IMG/VR virus record: IMGVR_UViG_3300033141_004958 | Source: an uncultured virus (IMG/VR IMGVR_UViG_3300033141_004958) | Taxonomy: Duplodnaviria; Heunggongvirae; Uroviricota; Caudoviricetes | Length of the DNA stretch: 64,000 nt | Reading direction: 5' to 3' (one strand) | Shown here: one piece after another, positions 9,613 through 19,182 of the stretch | Position numbering within the stretch: position 1 is the first letter of the stretch | How the letters are laid out: each line of letters begins with the position of its first letter | Position numbers and translations under genes: made by a program | Notes under the pieces: generated by a model | Database searches by the model: none | What the model was told of the DNA's origin: nothing | What the model saw: the letters and a program-made list of their open reading frames with translations, nothing else

Positions 9613-10149
9613 ATGAAACGAAGACAGAGACAGGCGGTAATTCTATCGCTGATGGATAGTCTTCTGGAAAAAGGAAGTTGGTGTGGAGAAATCCATATTC
9701 AGAAAGCAACCTATTTTCTGCAAAATCTCGCGGAAGTCCCATTGGATTTCAAATTCATACTATATAAGCATGGTCCCCTTTCTTTTGATTTGCGTGATGA
9801 ACTAACAGCCATGTATGCTGACGGCCTCCTTGAATTTAGAATTCAGTGTTGGCCATATGGATCCAGGTTGGTAACAACTCAAGCAGGAAAAAAACTTGAG
9901 ACCGATTGGCCAACAACTATTCAGCAATATACAAAATCAATTAGGTATATAACAGATAATCTTGCATCCTATAGAATTGCGCAATTGGAAAAATTAGCAA
10001 TGGCCCTCTATATGAAGATGAAATATCCTGATAGCGTAGATTTGTTAAGGGCAAAAGCTATTAATGAACTTAAACCATATATCTCTGAGGAAGAGGCAAT
10101 CAACGCAATTCGGATAGTGGATGAAATATCCAGCCATATGGAGATATAG
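9613..10149 (+). CDS. YwgA/SocA(Panacea)-like winged-helix protein
   Basis: HIQKATYFLQ...F..YKHGPLS..L.DEL...LEKLA pattern. Confidence 0.55.
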   Translation: MKRRQRQAVILSLMDSLLEKGSWCGEIHIQKATYFLQNLAEVPLDFKFILYKHGPLSFDLRDELTAMYADGLLEFRIQCWPYGSRLVTTQAGKKLETDWPTTIQQYTKSIRYITDNLASYRIAQLEKLAMALYMKMKYPDSVDLLRAKAINELKPYISEEEAINAIRIVDEISSHMEI

Positions 10150-10165
10150 AAAATATATAATAATG

Positions 10166-10195
10166 TTGACTTGGTGTTTATATTCCTTATATAAT
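10166..10195 (+). promoter_or_regulatory. Sigma70-type promoter TTGACT...TATAAT
   Basis: TTGACT-N18-TATAAT (or N16-TATATA) in an intergenic gap. Confidence 0.5.
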
Positions 10196-10213
10196 ACAAA
10201 AGAAGGCGCAGAA

Positions 10214-10423
10214 ATGTATTGCCAGCATTGTGTAAAACAAATTGATGAGGTAAAATCGGTTATGGATTCGTTGGGTATGGTTCAATATCTCTCGGCGATT
10301 ATTGGCACGAACATGAATGTTGGTGTCGCAATATGCGCGAGGCCGGACATACTTTATCGCTATGAACCGCGCCGGGCCGGCAGATGGAACGCGAAAGGAG
10401 CGCGAAATGAAAGTGACGGTTGA
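10214..10423 (+). CDS. Small hypothetical protein
   Basis: ATG after AGAAGG; MYCQHC. Confidence 0.45.
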   Translation: MYCQHCVKQIDEVKSVMDSLGMVQYLSAIIGTNMNVGVAICARPDILYRYEPRRAGRWNAKGARNESDG

Positions 10424-11567
10424 ACATAACGGGATGAAGTGGACAGGCACACTGACGCAGGTTGAGGCGACGCAAAAATACAACCGCTTCTGGCCCAAGG
10501 GGATATGGCCCTGGCTCTATCCGGGCGACAAGTACTGGCCGCTCATGAAGAAGACAGGTATTCACTTCGGTGGGATGCAGTTCTGGTCTATCAAGATGGA
10601 TCCGCGCAAACGTCCCTGGGCGAGGGATTCCGTGCCCTACATTTGCGAGGTCCAGACAAAGGAACGCAGGCCATGGGATGACCCGGAATCGGACGAGTTC
10701 CAGCGCATCATTTCGCTTCACGCGCAATCCCCCGCCTGCTTCGGCTTTAACGTGAACTGCGAGGTGGCGTGGACTGAAAGGGCGATGCAAATCATTGATA
10801 TAATCGACGAGACACAGAGCTCTTTGAAGGTATTCACCGGCCCCCTTCGCCATGACCCGGAAGAAAATGGCTTGATCCTGTGGGATTATGACAATTTTGA
10901 CTCGATTCTGTCGTGGGTCAACTGTTGGCACCGCGACCGGTCAGGGAACATCGGCGACGATTTCCCCGAAGGCGATCTATGGTACCTGCTCGCCGATGCC
11001 GCAAGGTGGGAGGTGCCTCTTGCCGTCTCTGTCCAGCCCTGCCGAGTGGAAGGCAATCCGGAAACCGGTGCGCCGATAATCCTCCCGCCAGTGGAGAAGT
11101 TCCACCGCGTTCTCCAGTGCGCGGCCAACTATGCCGACGGCCTCTTCTGCTGGAAGTTCGAACAACTGATGATGGCGAAGGCGGGCGAACTGCCCTTCGA
11201 AGGTGACCTGGATGGGATCCTGGGGGCTTTGCGCGATGTCCGACAGAAGCCGCTGTACCGCGAACCGCTGGCGGTTTCGTTTTCTGCACGAGATTCTGAT
11301 AGCTTCAACCGGGCTCGCGTCCTATGCCGCGCGGTTGCACGTGCAGGCTATTACCCTGAAAATTACCCTGATGATGAAAGGCTCTCGTTCACCGACCTGC
11401 CATGGACGGCGGAGGATGAGTGGATTTTTGACCGCTTTCACCATGCGAAACACGCGGACGCGGACGGCACCGAGGGCGAGCGCCTGGCCGAAATTGAAAG
11501 GCGGCTTGCAGATTGGGTGCGCGCTGAGTTTGGGACGCCGGCCGCACCGGTTGTGATGGAGGAATGA
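10407..11567 (+). CDS. GC-rich protein, possibly glycoside-hydrolase-like TIM barrel
   Basis: AAGGAG RBS; aromatic-rich; F.PKGIW, FGFNVNCE and ADGLFCW patterns resemble clan-A glycoside hydrolase folds. Confidence 0.45.
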   Translation: MKVTVEHNGMKWTGTLTQVEATQKYNRFWPKGIWPWLYPGDKYWPLMKKTGIHFGGMQFWSIKMDPRKRPWARDSVPYICEVQTKERRPWDDPESDEFQRIISLHAQSPACFGFNVNCEVAWTERAMQIIDIIDETQSSLKVFTGPLRHDPEENGLILWDYDNFDSILSWVNCWHRDRSGNIGDDFPEGDLWYLLADAARWEVPLAVSVQPCRVEGNPETGAPIILPPVEKFHRVLQCAANYADGLFCWKFEQLMMAKAGELPFEGDLDGILGALRDVRQKPLYREPLAVSFSARDSDSFNRARVLCRAVARAGYYPENYPDDERLSFTDLPWTAEDEWIFDRFHHAKHADADGTEGERLAEIERRLADWVRAEFGTPAAPVVMEE

Positions 11568-11856
11568 CGTGGTCTGCAAATCCTTGTTAATTGCCGGAGC
11601 AAATCGTGATGTGCATTGTGAACCTCGTCATGCGCAGACGGACATGGCAATCCTATAGGACCCGGCCGGTTGCGGAAAAGGGGTTAGTGAGCGGGGCGAG
11701 TGGTGAAGAATGAGCACGTGCTGAGGCGATTCAAATACCCAAGCAAGACGGGCAGGGGACTACCGTACGAATTCGGACTGGCTAAGGATGAGTGCGAATT
11801 CGGCGCACCCACGCGACTCTGGCTGAAGATGGCCGGACGCAGTAGGGAGAGATAAT

Positions 11857-12894
11857 ATGGCTATTAAAAATTTACAGATGTGCGATATATCTATGTGCGC
11901 ATGGCTTGCAGGAGAGAAAACTCAGACACGAAGACAAATATCACCAAGACCCCGACATGGAATGTATTTTGCCACGCAACCTAAGGTGGGGTGGTATCTA
12001 TTGGGCGATACTAGTGGTGATCCACATATTGAACCACCATTGGTGCCCGGGGATATTGTATATCTTAAAGAGGCACTGCTGCCAGGATCAAAATCTATTA
12101 TCTGTATTTCAGGTGTGTGGCAGGAGATCGTAACGACTATGTATAAAGCCGATTTAACGCCAGTAAAATGGCAACCAGGAATGGTCCATAATGGAAAACC
12201 ACTGGAAGAATATCAGGGGAATGTTATTTGGCCCTGGGAGGCCCAGTATACTCCATCTGCCTTGATGCCGAAATGGGCGGCTCGCGAATGGGCAATAGTC
12301 AAAGATGTTCGTGCTGAGCGGTTGCGAGATATTAGTGCACAGGATGTTTTGGCGGAGGGCGTGATACGTAGATGGTGGCCACCAAAACGACCAATGTGGA
12401 GTTATGGTGGGCGTAAAGTTGGTCGTTTCTATAAAGGGAAAAATGCCTATTTCGCTGTATGGGATATCATTAACGGTCATGGGGCTTCCGCAGAAAACCC
12501 ATACGTATGGCGTATTGTTCTAGAACGATGCGCGAAACCAGAGGAGAATGATATGGAAGATGACGATAAAGATATTACTATGAAAATTGCTAAACGCCCA
12601 GGGTTGGTTAATACGGTTCCTATTGACGTAAATGTAATATCATCATCAAAGCGGCGAAGTGCACCATGGAGCGACTGTTGTCCAGTAGGTACACATGATC
12701 ATGCTATACCTGTACCTATTGCAGGGCGAGTACAGGGGATTGATTTCTGCATTGCACATATTGTCGCGGCTCTAAATGCAGGTGGTATAGAAACGGTTGC
12801 AAGCTGCTGCGGACATGGAAAACAAAATGGCCACATTACTCTGGCAGATGGGCGTGAACTTATAATTAAGCAAAAGTCTGAGAAGAAATGTTAA
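11857..12894 (+). CDS. ASCH/PUA-like domain protein fused to a small D.CI...LN..G..T..SCCGHG domain
   Basis: GEKTQTRR, GDIVYLKE, MPKWAAR, VRAERLRDIS..D.LAEG, NPYVW; C-terminal SCCGHG. Confidence 0.65.
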   Translation: MAIKNLQMCDISMCAWLAGEKTQTRRQISPRPRHGMYFATQPKVGWYLLGDTSGDPHIEPPLVPGDIVYLKEALLPGSKSIICISGVWQEIVTTMYKADLTPVKWQPGMVHNGKPLEEYQGNVIWPWEAQYTPSALMPKWAAREWAIVKDVRAERLRDISAQDVLAEGVIRRWWPPKRPMWSYGGRKVGRFYKGKNAYFAVWDIINGHGASAENPYVWRIVLERCAKPEENDMEDDDKDITMKIAKRPGLVNTVPIDVNVISSSKRRSAPWSDCCPVGTHDHAIPVPIAGRVQGIDFCIAHIVAALNAGGIETVASCCGHGKQNGHITLADGRELIIKQKSEKKC

Positions 12895-12920
12895 CATGAC
12901 TATTTTCAAAGGAAATAAAA

Positions 12921-13322
12921 ATGGCTAAGTATCGCAAAAGACCTGTGATAGTAGAAGCGGAACAGGTACTAGAGCGTACGGTCATCAAAACGCTGGAAGG
13001 TGATATAATGGCCGAGGCTGGCGATTGGATCGTGACTGGTATTAAAGGCGAGAAGTATCCTGTTCGCGTAGATATCTTCGAAGAGACATATGATGAGGTT
13101 GGATCTGAGATACAAGACGATGATACATCATCCGCGGAAGTTAAGCGCTTACGTAAAATTATACTTTGGGCCGCGGATTTTCTGGAAAATATGCAAAAGG
13201 CTTTTGCATTGCAAAAGGAATATTCTAGATACCATCCCGATGTTCAACTTACTCTAGATATTGAATATGTAATCAAACAATTGCGCGAATGCGGTAATGA
13301 AGGAACTAATGAGGAGACATAA
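12921..13322 (+). CDS. PGDYG-like phage protein
   Basis: KYRKRPVIVEA...TLEG...AEAGDWIVTGIKGEKYP...DIFEETY. Confidence 0.7.
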   Translation: MAKYRKRPVIVEAEQVLERTVIKTLEGDIMAEAGDWIVTGIKGEKYPVRVDIFEETYDEVGSEIQDDDTSSAEVKRLRKIILWAADFLENMQKAFALQKEYSRYHPDVQLTLDIEYVIKQLRECGNEGTNEET

Positions 13323-13348
13323 GATAGTAACGTGGTAAATGGAGGGCG

Positions 13349-13615
13349 ATGGTGAAAGACACAGCAGAAATTAAATGGCTCGACGCTACTACTCCCGCCT
13401 TGGCATCAACAAAAGTTTGTGGTATTTATAGAATTACTACTAAATTGACGGAAGATCCACATCATCCAAATACACACTCATTTACCACAGAGGTATGGCT
13501 ACGCAATAATGTGCTAATAGAATGTGCCCGAACCAATAATAATATATATGCTGCCATGGAAAATCATTTAGCACTATGTAGTAAGTATTTGGATATCGCA
13601 ACAGATGTCTACTAA
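13349..13615 (+). CDS. Hypothetical protein
   Basis: GGAGG RBS, 88-aa ORF. Confidence 0.55.
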   Translation: MVKDTAEIKWLDATTPALASTKVCGIYRITTKLTEDPHHPNTHSFTTEVWLRNNVLIECARTNNNIYAAMENHLALCSKYLDIATDVY

Positions 13616-13633
13616 AAAAATAGTATTTTTTTC

Positions 13634-13661
13634 TTGACCGGATAATAATATCCCCTATAAT
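13634..13661 (+). promoter_or_regulatory. Early promoter TTGACC-N16-TATAAT
   Basis: Exact family consensus in an intergenic gap. Confidence 0.75.
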
Positions 13662-13703
13662 ACCTATAATATCTACTTGTTTCCTTTTAAAAGGGGATAT
13701 TAA

Positions 13704-14696
13704 ATGAAGCCTTCAGCGTTGGCAAATGTTCTTCGGCGAACAATTCCAATGCACGCACCAATACTTATTAAAGGCGCTCCCGGAACCGGCAAAACCGATA
13801 TTGTAAGTCAAGCGGCCAAAGAACAAGGCGCGGATCTTATTACGATGCATCCTGTCGTAAGTGACCCAACAGACTTCAAGGGTATGCCGGCGATTGTTAA
13901 TGACCATGCTGTATTCCTTCCCTTCGGTGACCTTAAGCGTTTGTTAGACGCCAACAAACCCACTGTTTGTTTTCTTGACGATCTCGGGCAGGCCCCCGCA
14001 GTCGTACAGGCCGCGGCGATGCAACTTCTTCTGGCGAGACAAATAAACGACCACAAAATAAGCGATCATGTGACGTTTATAGCGGCTACAAATCGAAGAG
14101 AAGATAGAGCCGGGGTCTCCACAATACTCGAACCGGTAAAATCCAGGTTTATGACTATACTTGAATTAACAGTTGATGTAGATGACTGGATTGAATGGGC
14201 ATTGCAAAATGACATTCCTACTGAAGTTATCGCACTCATACGATTCAAACCTGAACTACTAATGGATACCGAAAAACCAACAGCAGATATTGTTAATCGG
14301 CCATCACCAAGAACGGTAGCACATGCAGGGCGGCTTTACTCTTATGGACTTCGCGATCTAGAGGTTTTCGCGGGCGCATGTGGCGAAGGCTGGGCAATCG
14401 AATTCAAAGGGTTTTTGGATGTCTGGCAAAAACTTCCAACAATCGAAAGCATTTTGGCTGATCCGGAAAATGCATGGATACCCAAAACAGAAGAAACTGC
14501 CGCGCAGATTGCTATAGCAATGGCAATCTCAAGGATTATAACGGTAGAAAATATAAAGCCCGCGATAACTTACCTGGATCGGATGCCAACAGAATTCGCA
14601 GTAATGGCACTTAAAGGCGTCGTTACACGTGATTGGAAAATTTGCGAATGTTCAGCATTTACAAATTGGGCACGTAAACATGGAGATTTGTTCTAA
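13704..14696 (+). CDS. MoxR-like AAA+ ATPase
   Basis: Walker A GAPGTGKT, Walker B FLDDL, sensor AATNR, SRF, PSPRT. Confidence 0.88.
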   Translation: MKPSALANVLRRTIPMHAPILIKGAPGTGKTDIVSQAAKEQGADLITMHPVVSDPTDFKGMPAIVNDHAVFLPFGDLKRLLDANKPTVCFLDDLGQAPAVVQAAAMQLLLARQINDHKISDHVTFIAATNRREDRAGVSTILEPVKSRFMTILELTVDVDDWIEWALQNDIPTEVIALIRFKPELLMDTEKPTADIVNRPSPRTVAHAGRLYSYGLRDLEVFAGACGEGWAIEFKGFLDVWQKLPTIESILADPENAWIPKTEETAAQIAIAMAISRIITVENIKPAITYLDRMPTEFAVMALKGVVTRDWKICECSAFTNWARKHGDLF

Positions 14697-14707
14697 GGAA
14701 AAATATT

Positions 14708-15574
14708 ATGAGTAGTACTAATTTGGTAGAACGCGCAATACTCGTCGATCTTGACATATCTAATTGGTCAGGAACGAAGAGAGACCCTCGTCTTTCTCGT
14801 GATATTGTGAAACAGAAAAAGGCAGAGAGAGGAGCGGGATATTGGTGGACGCGCATCGTGCCGGCAAGTAGCCTTCGGCCCGTTCACTCAGCCTGCACTA
14901 ATGCCAGAAAAATCCATGCAGAACTAACATTACCATGGAATGATATGGGCGCGAGACTTCTTCCGTCGAAGATGTTCTTTCAGTATATGGAGAAAATGCA
15001 GAAGGCGAAGGATCGGTTTACAACGGCTGTAGCCAACTTCATTGACGAATATCCATCGTTGCTCGAAGCGGCTGAACAATATCTTGGTGAACTTTTTGAT
15101 CCGAATATGCTTCCATCAGTCGAGGAAGTTAAACACAAGTTTACCTGGAATATAAGAACTTATCCGATACCAACTGCCGGAGATTTCAGGGTAGATCTTA
15201 GCAACGAGGTTGTAGAGGCTATACAGAAAAGCATTGAGGATCGGGTCAAGGCATCATATAATGCAGCAATGGAAGCGCTGTGGCAACGCGTTTATGACAT
15301 TGTGCACCATGTAGCCGAAAGGCTTAGTAATCCAGATAATCAATTTAGGAAAAGCCTTATAACTAACGCTAAGGAACTTTGTGACCTACTCCCCAAATTG
15401 AATGTAGCCAATGATGTCCATCTTGAAAAAATGCGGCGGCAAATTGAAATACAGATTGCTAACAAGAAAGCGGAGGAACTTAGGAATAATCCAATAGAGC
15501 GTAAAAATACGGCAAATGCGGCAAATGATATTCTCAATAAAGTCGATGGATATATCAAGGCATGGCAAAAATAA
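14708..15574 (+). CDS. DUF3150-like helical protein
   Basis: LV.L.IS.W.G, TLPW...G.RLLP, F...YP, L..LNV..D; sits between AAA and VWA genes. Confidence 0.6.
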   Translation: MSSTNLVERAILVDLDISNWSGTKRDPRLSRDIVKQKKAERGAGYWWTRIVPASSLRPVHSACTNARKIHAELTLPWNDMGARLLPSKMFFQYMEKMQKAKDRFTTAVANFIDEYPSLLEAAEQYLGELFDPNMLPSVEEVKHKFTWNIRTYPIPTAGDFRVDLSNEVVEAIQKSIEDRVKASYNAAMEALWQRVYDIVHHVAERLSNPDNQFRKSLITNAKELCDLLPKLNVANDVHLEKMRRQIEIQIANKKAEELRNNPIERKNTANAANDILNKVDGYIKAWQK

Positions 15575-15606
15575 ATACTAGATCCTATAATGAATTTCCA
15601 TATAAA

Positions 15607-15634
15607 TATGGATATTTATTAATAAATATCCATA
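15607..15634. repeat. Perfect 28-bp palindrome
   Basis: TATGGATATTTATT/AATAAATATCCATA. Confidence 0.85.
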
Positions 15635-15655
15635 CAATCTTAGGGAAAATAGAAT

Positions 15656-16846
15656 ATGAAGATATCTAGTTCAAATATCCATAGTCCAACACCGGAGATG
15701 CAATTACGCATTAGCAGAGCGCGAACATCTCTATTATTGAATCATCCATTTTATGGTGTCTTGGCGATGCGACTTGTTATACAACAAGGCCCCGTACCTA
15801 CCGCGGCTACCGATGGACGATATATCTTATATAATCCAACTTGGTTTGAATCGTTAACTGATGCGGAAATAATAGGCGTTATAGCGCATGAGATAATGCA
15901 TTTGGCATGTGGACATATGTGGCGAAAACAATCCAGAGACCTATACCGTTGGAATATTGCCTGTGATATCGCAATAAACAATGTCCTGGAAGATAGCGGG
16001 TTTACACTTCCAGGTAAAGCACTCGTGAATAAAGAATATTATAATATGGCAGCAGAAGCCATATACAATAAAATTAAAGACAGTATAGAAGGTACGGGCA
16101 ATCTTCCCGGCGGTGCGGGCGATTTTATGAAGCCTGGAGAAGTTAACCAGGTACCTGGTGGAAAGGATGGCATTAGCGAAAGCGAATCAAATATCACAGC
16201 ATCGAATCAGTCTCTTGAAAAAGAATGGCAAATTGCTACAGCTCAGGCTGCGCAGGTTACACGAAACAAAGGCGATCTACCTGGCAATATCAAACAAATG
16301 ATAGGTGAGTTTATTAATCCATCAATACCCTGGACCACCTTGCTACGAGACTTTGTTATGCGTTGTGCCAGGAACGATTATAATTGGTCGAGGCCAAATA
16401 GACGTTACTTGTCAAGTGGATTTGTTCTACCGGGTCTTATATCAGACGAACTCCCAGAAGTCATAATGGCCATAGATACTTCGGGAAGTATAAGTAACGA
16501 GGAACTCAAGGCGTTCGCCGACGAAGTATCTGGCATACTAATGGCATTTGATACGACTACTACGGTAATCTGGATAGATAGTCGCGTATGTGGCGTAGAA
16601 AAGTATACTCGAGCTGACCTTCCCCTTAAACTTACTGCCAAGGGACGAGGCGGTACTGATTTTCGACCAGCGTTTAAGTGGGTTGATAAGGAAGGTATAA
16701 CTCCCACATGCTTTATATACTTGACTGATATGGAAGGGATATTTCCCAATGATGCACCAGATTATCCAGTACTATGGATATCCGTCAACCAGAATGATAT
16801 ATGCAATAAGGCTCCATTTGGCGATGTAGTTAAAATGACTATATAA
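15656..16846 (+). CDS. DUF2201-type metallopeptidase-VWA protein
   Basis: PFYG, TAATDG, HEIMH (HExxH), WNIACDIAIN, IDTSGSIS (MIDAS), GRGGTDF, YLTD. Confidence 0.88.
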   Translation: MKISSSNIHSPTPEMQLRISRARTSLLLNHPFYGVLAMRLVIQQGPVPTAATDGRYILYNPTWFESLTDAEIIGVIAHEIMHLACGHMWRKQSRDLYRWNIACDIAINNVLEDSGFTLPGKALVNKEYYNMAAEAIYNKIKDSIEGTGNLPGGAGDFMKPGEVNQVPGGKDGISESESNITASNQSLEKEWQIATAQAAQVTRNKGDLPGNIKQMIGEFINPSIPWTTLLRDFVMRCARNDYNWSRPNRRYLSSGFVLPGLISDELPEVIMAIDTSGSISNEELKAFADEVSGILMAFDTTTTVIWIDSRVCGVEKYTRADLPLKLTAKGRGGTDFRPAFKWVDKEGITPTCFIYLTDMEGIFPNDAPDYPVLWISVNQNDICNKAPFGDVVKMTI

Positions 16847-16872
16847 GAAGTATCTTATGGAAGGAGCGTAGT

Positions 16873-17034
16873 ATGAGTAATAAGATACGCACGATGAAGA
16901 GGCGTAGTCTGAGGCGATCTGGAGCAAAGACCCTTAAGGATGGTAGGTATAAAATACTCAAAGCGGCCATTATATCAGATGGTCTGATTATCACAGGCAT
17001 TAAAGAGCTGCCGGAAGAATCTACTACAAAATAG
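16873..17034 (+). CDS. Small basic hypothetical protein
   Basis: AAGGAG RBS; MSNKIRTMKRRS... Confidence 0.45.
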   Translation: MSNKIRTMKRRSLRRSGAKTLKDGRYKILKAAIISDGLIITGIKELPEESTTK

Positions 17035-17055
17035 TTAAATTCTGGCATTTTTTTC

Positions 17056-17083
17056 TTGACCCTTCCTAAATACTAGATATAAT
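17056..17083 (+). promoter_or_regulatory. Early promoter TTGACC-N16-TATAAT
   Basis: Exact family consensus. Confidence 0.75.
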
Positions 17084-17128
17084 AATGGGATAATAGTATA
17101 TCTATTAATGGTGAAAGGGAGGTAAAAA

Positions 17129-17749
17129 ATGAGCGCTGATAATGATAGTCAGCATGATGATCGGTGGTATGCCGCGCTTGACCGATATATATGGGAAAAG
17201 CGCAGCCGCACCACCAACAAGAAATACCGGGAGTATGTTTTGGCGCATGCCCGGAAACTGTTTGGAGATGAAGTACCCAAGAGCGTTAGTGCTCAGCATC
17301 TGTCACTGCTCGACCTCGCCAACATGCTTAAGTACCAGTCAATGTGCAGGGAGATAGGGGAAAAGCCGCAGGTAGAATACGTAGAAGAGAATATAGCCGC
17401 GTGTCTTGCTGGCAACCCGGATGCCCTTAAAGGGGAAGTTGGAAGACTTAAGCAGATGCTTGTATCCTCGTACGATACGGATCCGATAGAACATGATACG
17501 TGGGCCGACGAAGAGGTAGAACAGGCTCTTAAAGAATCTGGCAAGCCTAAGCGATCGAATAAGAGGCGCGGAAGAAGGTCTCCGATAAGCGATCGAATAT
17601 TTGACCTTATCCGCGCGGGGCATGACGATCAGACTGTTTATGATATGGTGCTTAAGGAGTTCGAGGGGCAAAATCTCCCGGCCTACCTTAAGTCGATAAA
17701 GGGGGTTGTTGCAAAGCGAAAGTACCTTAAGAAAATTGGAGAGATTTGA
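17129..17749 (+). CDS. Hypothetical protein (possible C-terminal DNA-binding domain)
   Basis: GGAGGT RBS; own promoter and terminator. Confidence 0.7.
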   Translation: MSADNDSQHDDRWYAALDRYIWEKRSRTTNKKYREYVLAHARKLFGDEVPKSVSAQHLSLLDLANMLKYQSMCREIGEKPQVEYVEENIAACLAGNPDALKGEVGRLKQMLVSSYDTDPIEHDTWADEEVEQALKESGKPKRSNKRRGRRSPISDRIFDLIRAGHDDQTVYDMVLKEFEGQNLPAYLKSIKGVVAKRKYLKKIGEI

Positions 17750-17772
17750 TTAGATATATCCACAAGCGTGGG

Positions 17773-17803
17773 AAAGGGGCATTAAATATTTAATGCCCCT
17801 TTT
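17773..17803 (+). terminator. Rho-independent terminator (perfect 30-bp palindrome)
   Basis: AAAGGGGCATTAAAT/ATTTAATGCCCCTTT followed by T. Confidence 0.75.
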
Positions 17804-17874
17804 CAATATATGACGCAAAACTTATATATATATACTATAAATTCTTTAGTTACATTTATAATAGGAGATATAAA

Positions 17875-18270
17875 ATGAGTAGACAACGGAAACTTGTTGA
17901 TCATATCAGACATGCAATGAGAGAACAAGTTGAAGGTGGTGGTTTGCGACCTATTATTAACCAGCATAACCTGACAGACCTACTGGACGAAATCGAATAT
18001 ATATGCAACAGCCCCATACTAGATCTATGTCGTAAAAATAAACTACAGAGTATAGCAGATATCATCGATGCCCTCAATGAACTACTAGTTGACATGGATA
18101 CTGCAGGATATGAACGCAGTGATATATATGATGTTCTGTCGCAATTGCATAGCCATATAAGTCGTCTCGACAAACATATACGCACTGCCCCATTGGAAGA
18201 GTTGAGTTTTGCAGCAAACGATGCACTGAATATGATATATATTGTTAACAAGCTTATACGTGAAATATAG
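17875..18270 (+). CDS. Helical hypothetical protein, paralog 1
   Basis: RQRKLVDHIR...EQVEGGGL shared with the next ORF. Confidence 0.75.
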   Translation: MSRQRKLVDHIRHAMREQVEGGGLRPIINQHNLTDLLDEIEYICNSPILDLCRKNKLQSIADIIDALNELLVDMDTAGYERSDIYDVLSQLHSHISRLDKHIRTAPLEELSFAANDALNMIYIVNKLIREI

Positions 18271-18298
18271 ATTAAATAGTGACTTTATAGGAAGCAAT

Positions 18299-18721
18299 AT
18301 GGATAGACAAAAGAGACTTATCGATCATATTAGACTAATAATGGGCGAACAAGTTGAAGGTGGTGGTTTGCAGGAGATTATTGAGAAACACAATCTCCAA
18401 AAAATTCTCCGCGATCTTGAATATATTACAAATTCCAGTATAGCCGATCTATGGCGCCAAAAGAAGGTTGTAGATCTAGATGGTCTTGTCGCGGCCGTTG
18501 ACGATATACTAACTGAACTAGATAGGGAAGGACACAAGCACAGCGATATAGCCCATCTCATCGCACAACTACTTGATTATCTAGATAGCCTTGTCGCAAT
18601 AATAAACAATAGTTCAATTAGTGGATTGATTTTCGCGGGAGAAGATGTATTGAATACGGTATATGCGATACAAAGCGCCCTGGAAACCCCCACGCACGAA
18701 TATGGCCAAGACCGTATATAA
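18299..18721 (+). CDS. Helical hypothetical protein, paralog 2
   Basis: RQKRLIDHIR...EQVEGGGL; tandem duplicate. Confidence 0.75.
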   Translation: MDRQKRLIDHIRLIMGEQVEGGGLQEIIEKHNLQKILRDLEYITNSSIADLWRQKKVVDLDGLVAAVDDILTELDREGHKHSDIAHLIAQLLDYLDSLVAIINNSSISGLIFAGEDVLNTVYAIQSALETPTHEYGQDRI

Positions 18722-18753
18722 CAATTGTTGATATAAGGTGAAAGGAGCCGTTT

Positions 18754-19182
18754 GTGGTTGCAGAAAATGTTCGTCATCAAATTACATCTAAGTTCAAGCC
18801 CGGGGATATAGTCTTTTATATAGCTATAGAACCCAAGCGTAAGACCTGTTCATATTGCAATGGCGGTGGAGAAATGATCCGGCCCGCAGTCAACGATTGC
18901 CTCGACGACGAAACTGTAGTGCCATGCGTAGTTTGTAACGGAAGTGGAGAAGTAGATGTATATTATCCCTATGTTGACAAGGGGGAAATCACTGCGGTTT
19001 CGTTTGTACAATCCGACCTCAACACTCTAGTACCATACTACCATATCAATGATGGTAAATATCCGGCAGATGTATTGTATCTCGACGCCGACATAGCTCA
19101 ACAAGAAGTAATAAGACAAATAGAAGACCTAGAATATCAAGACGAAGAGAGATATGGTGGTTATCGTAGAGGGCGCGAATAG
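18754..19182 (+). CDS. DnaJ-type zinc-finger phage protein
   Basis: KFKPGDIV; CSYCNGGG...CVVCNGSG. Confidence 0.7.
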   Translation: MVAENVRHQITSKFKPGDIVFYIAIEPKRKTCSYCNGGGEMIRPAVNDCLDDETVVPCVVCNGSGEVDVYYPYVDKGEITAVSFVQSDLNTLVPYYHINDGKYPADVLYLDADIAQQEVIRQIEDLEYQDEERYGGYRRGRE

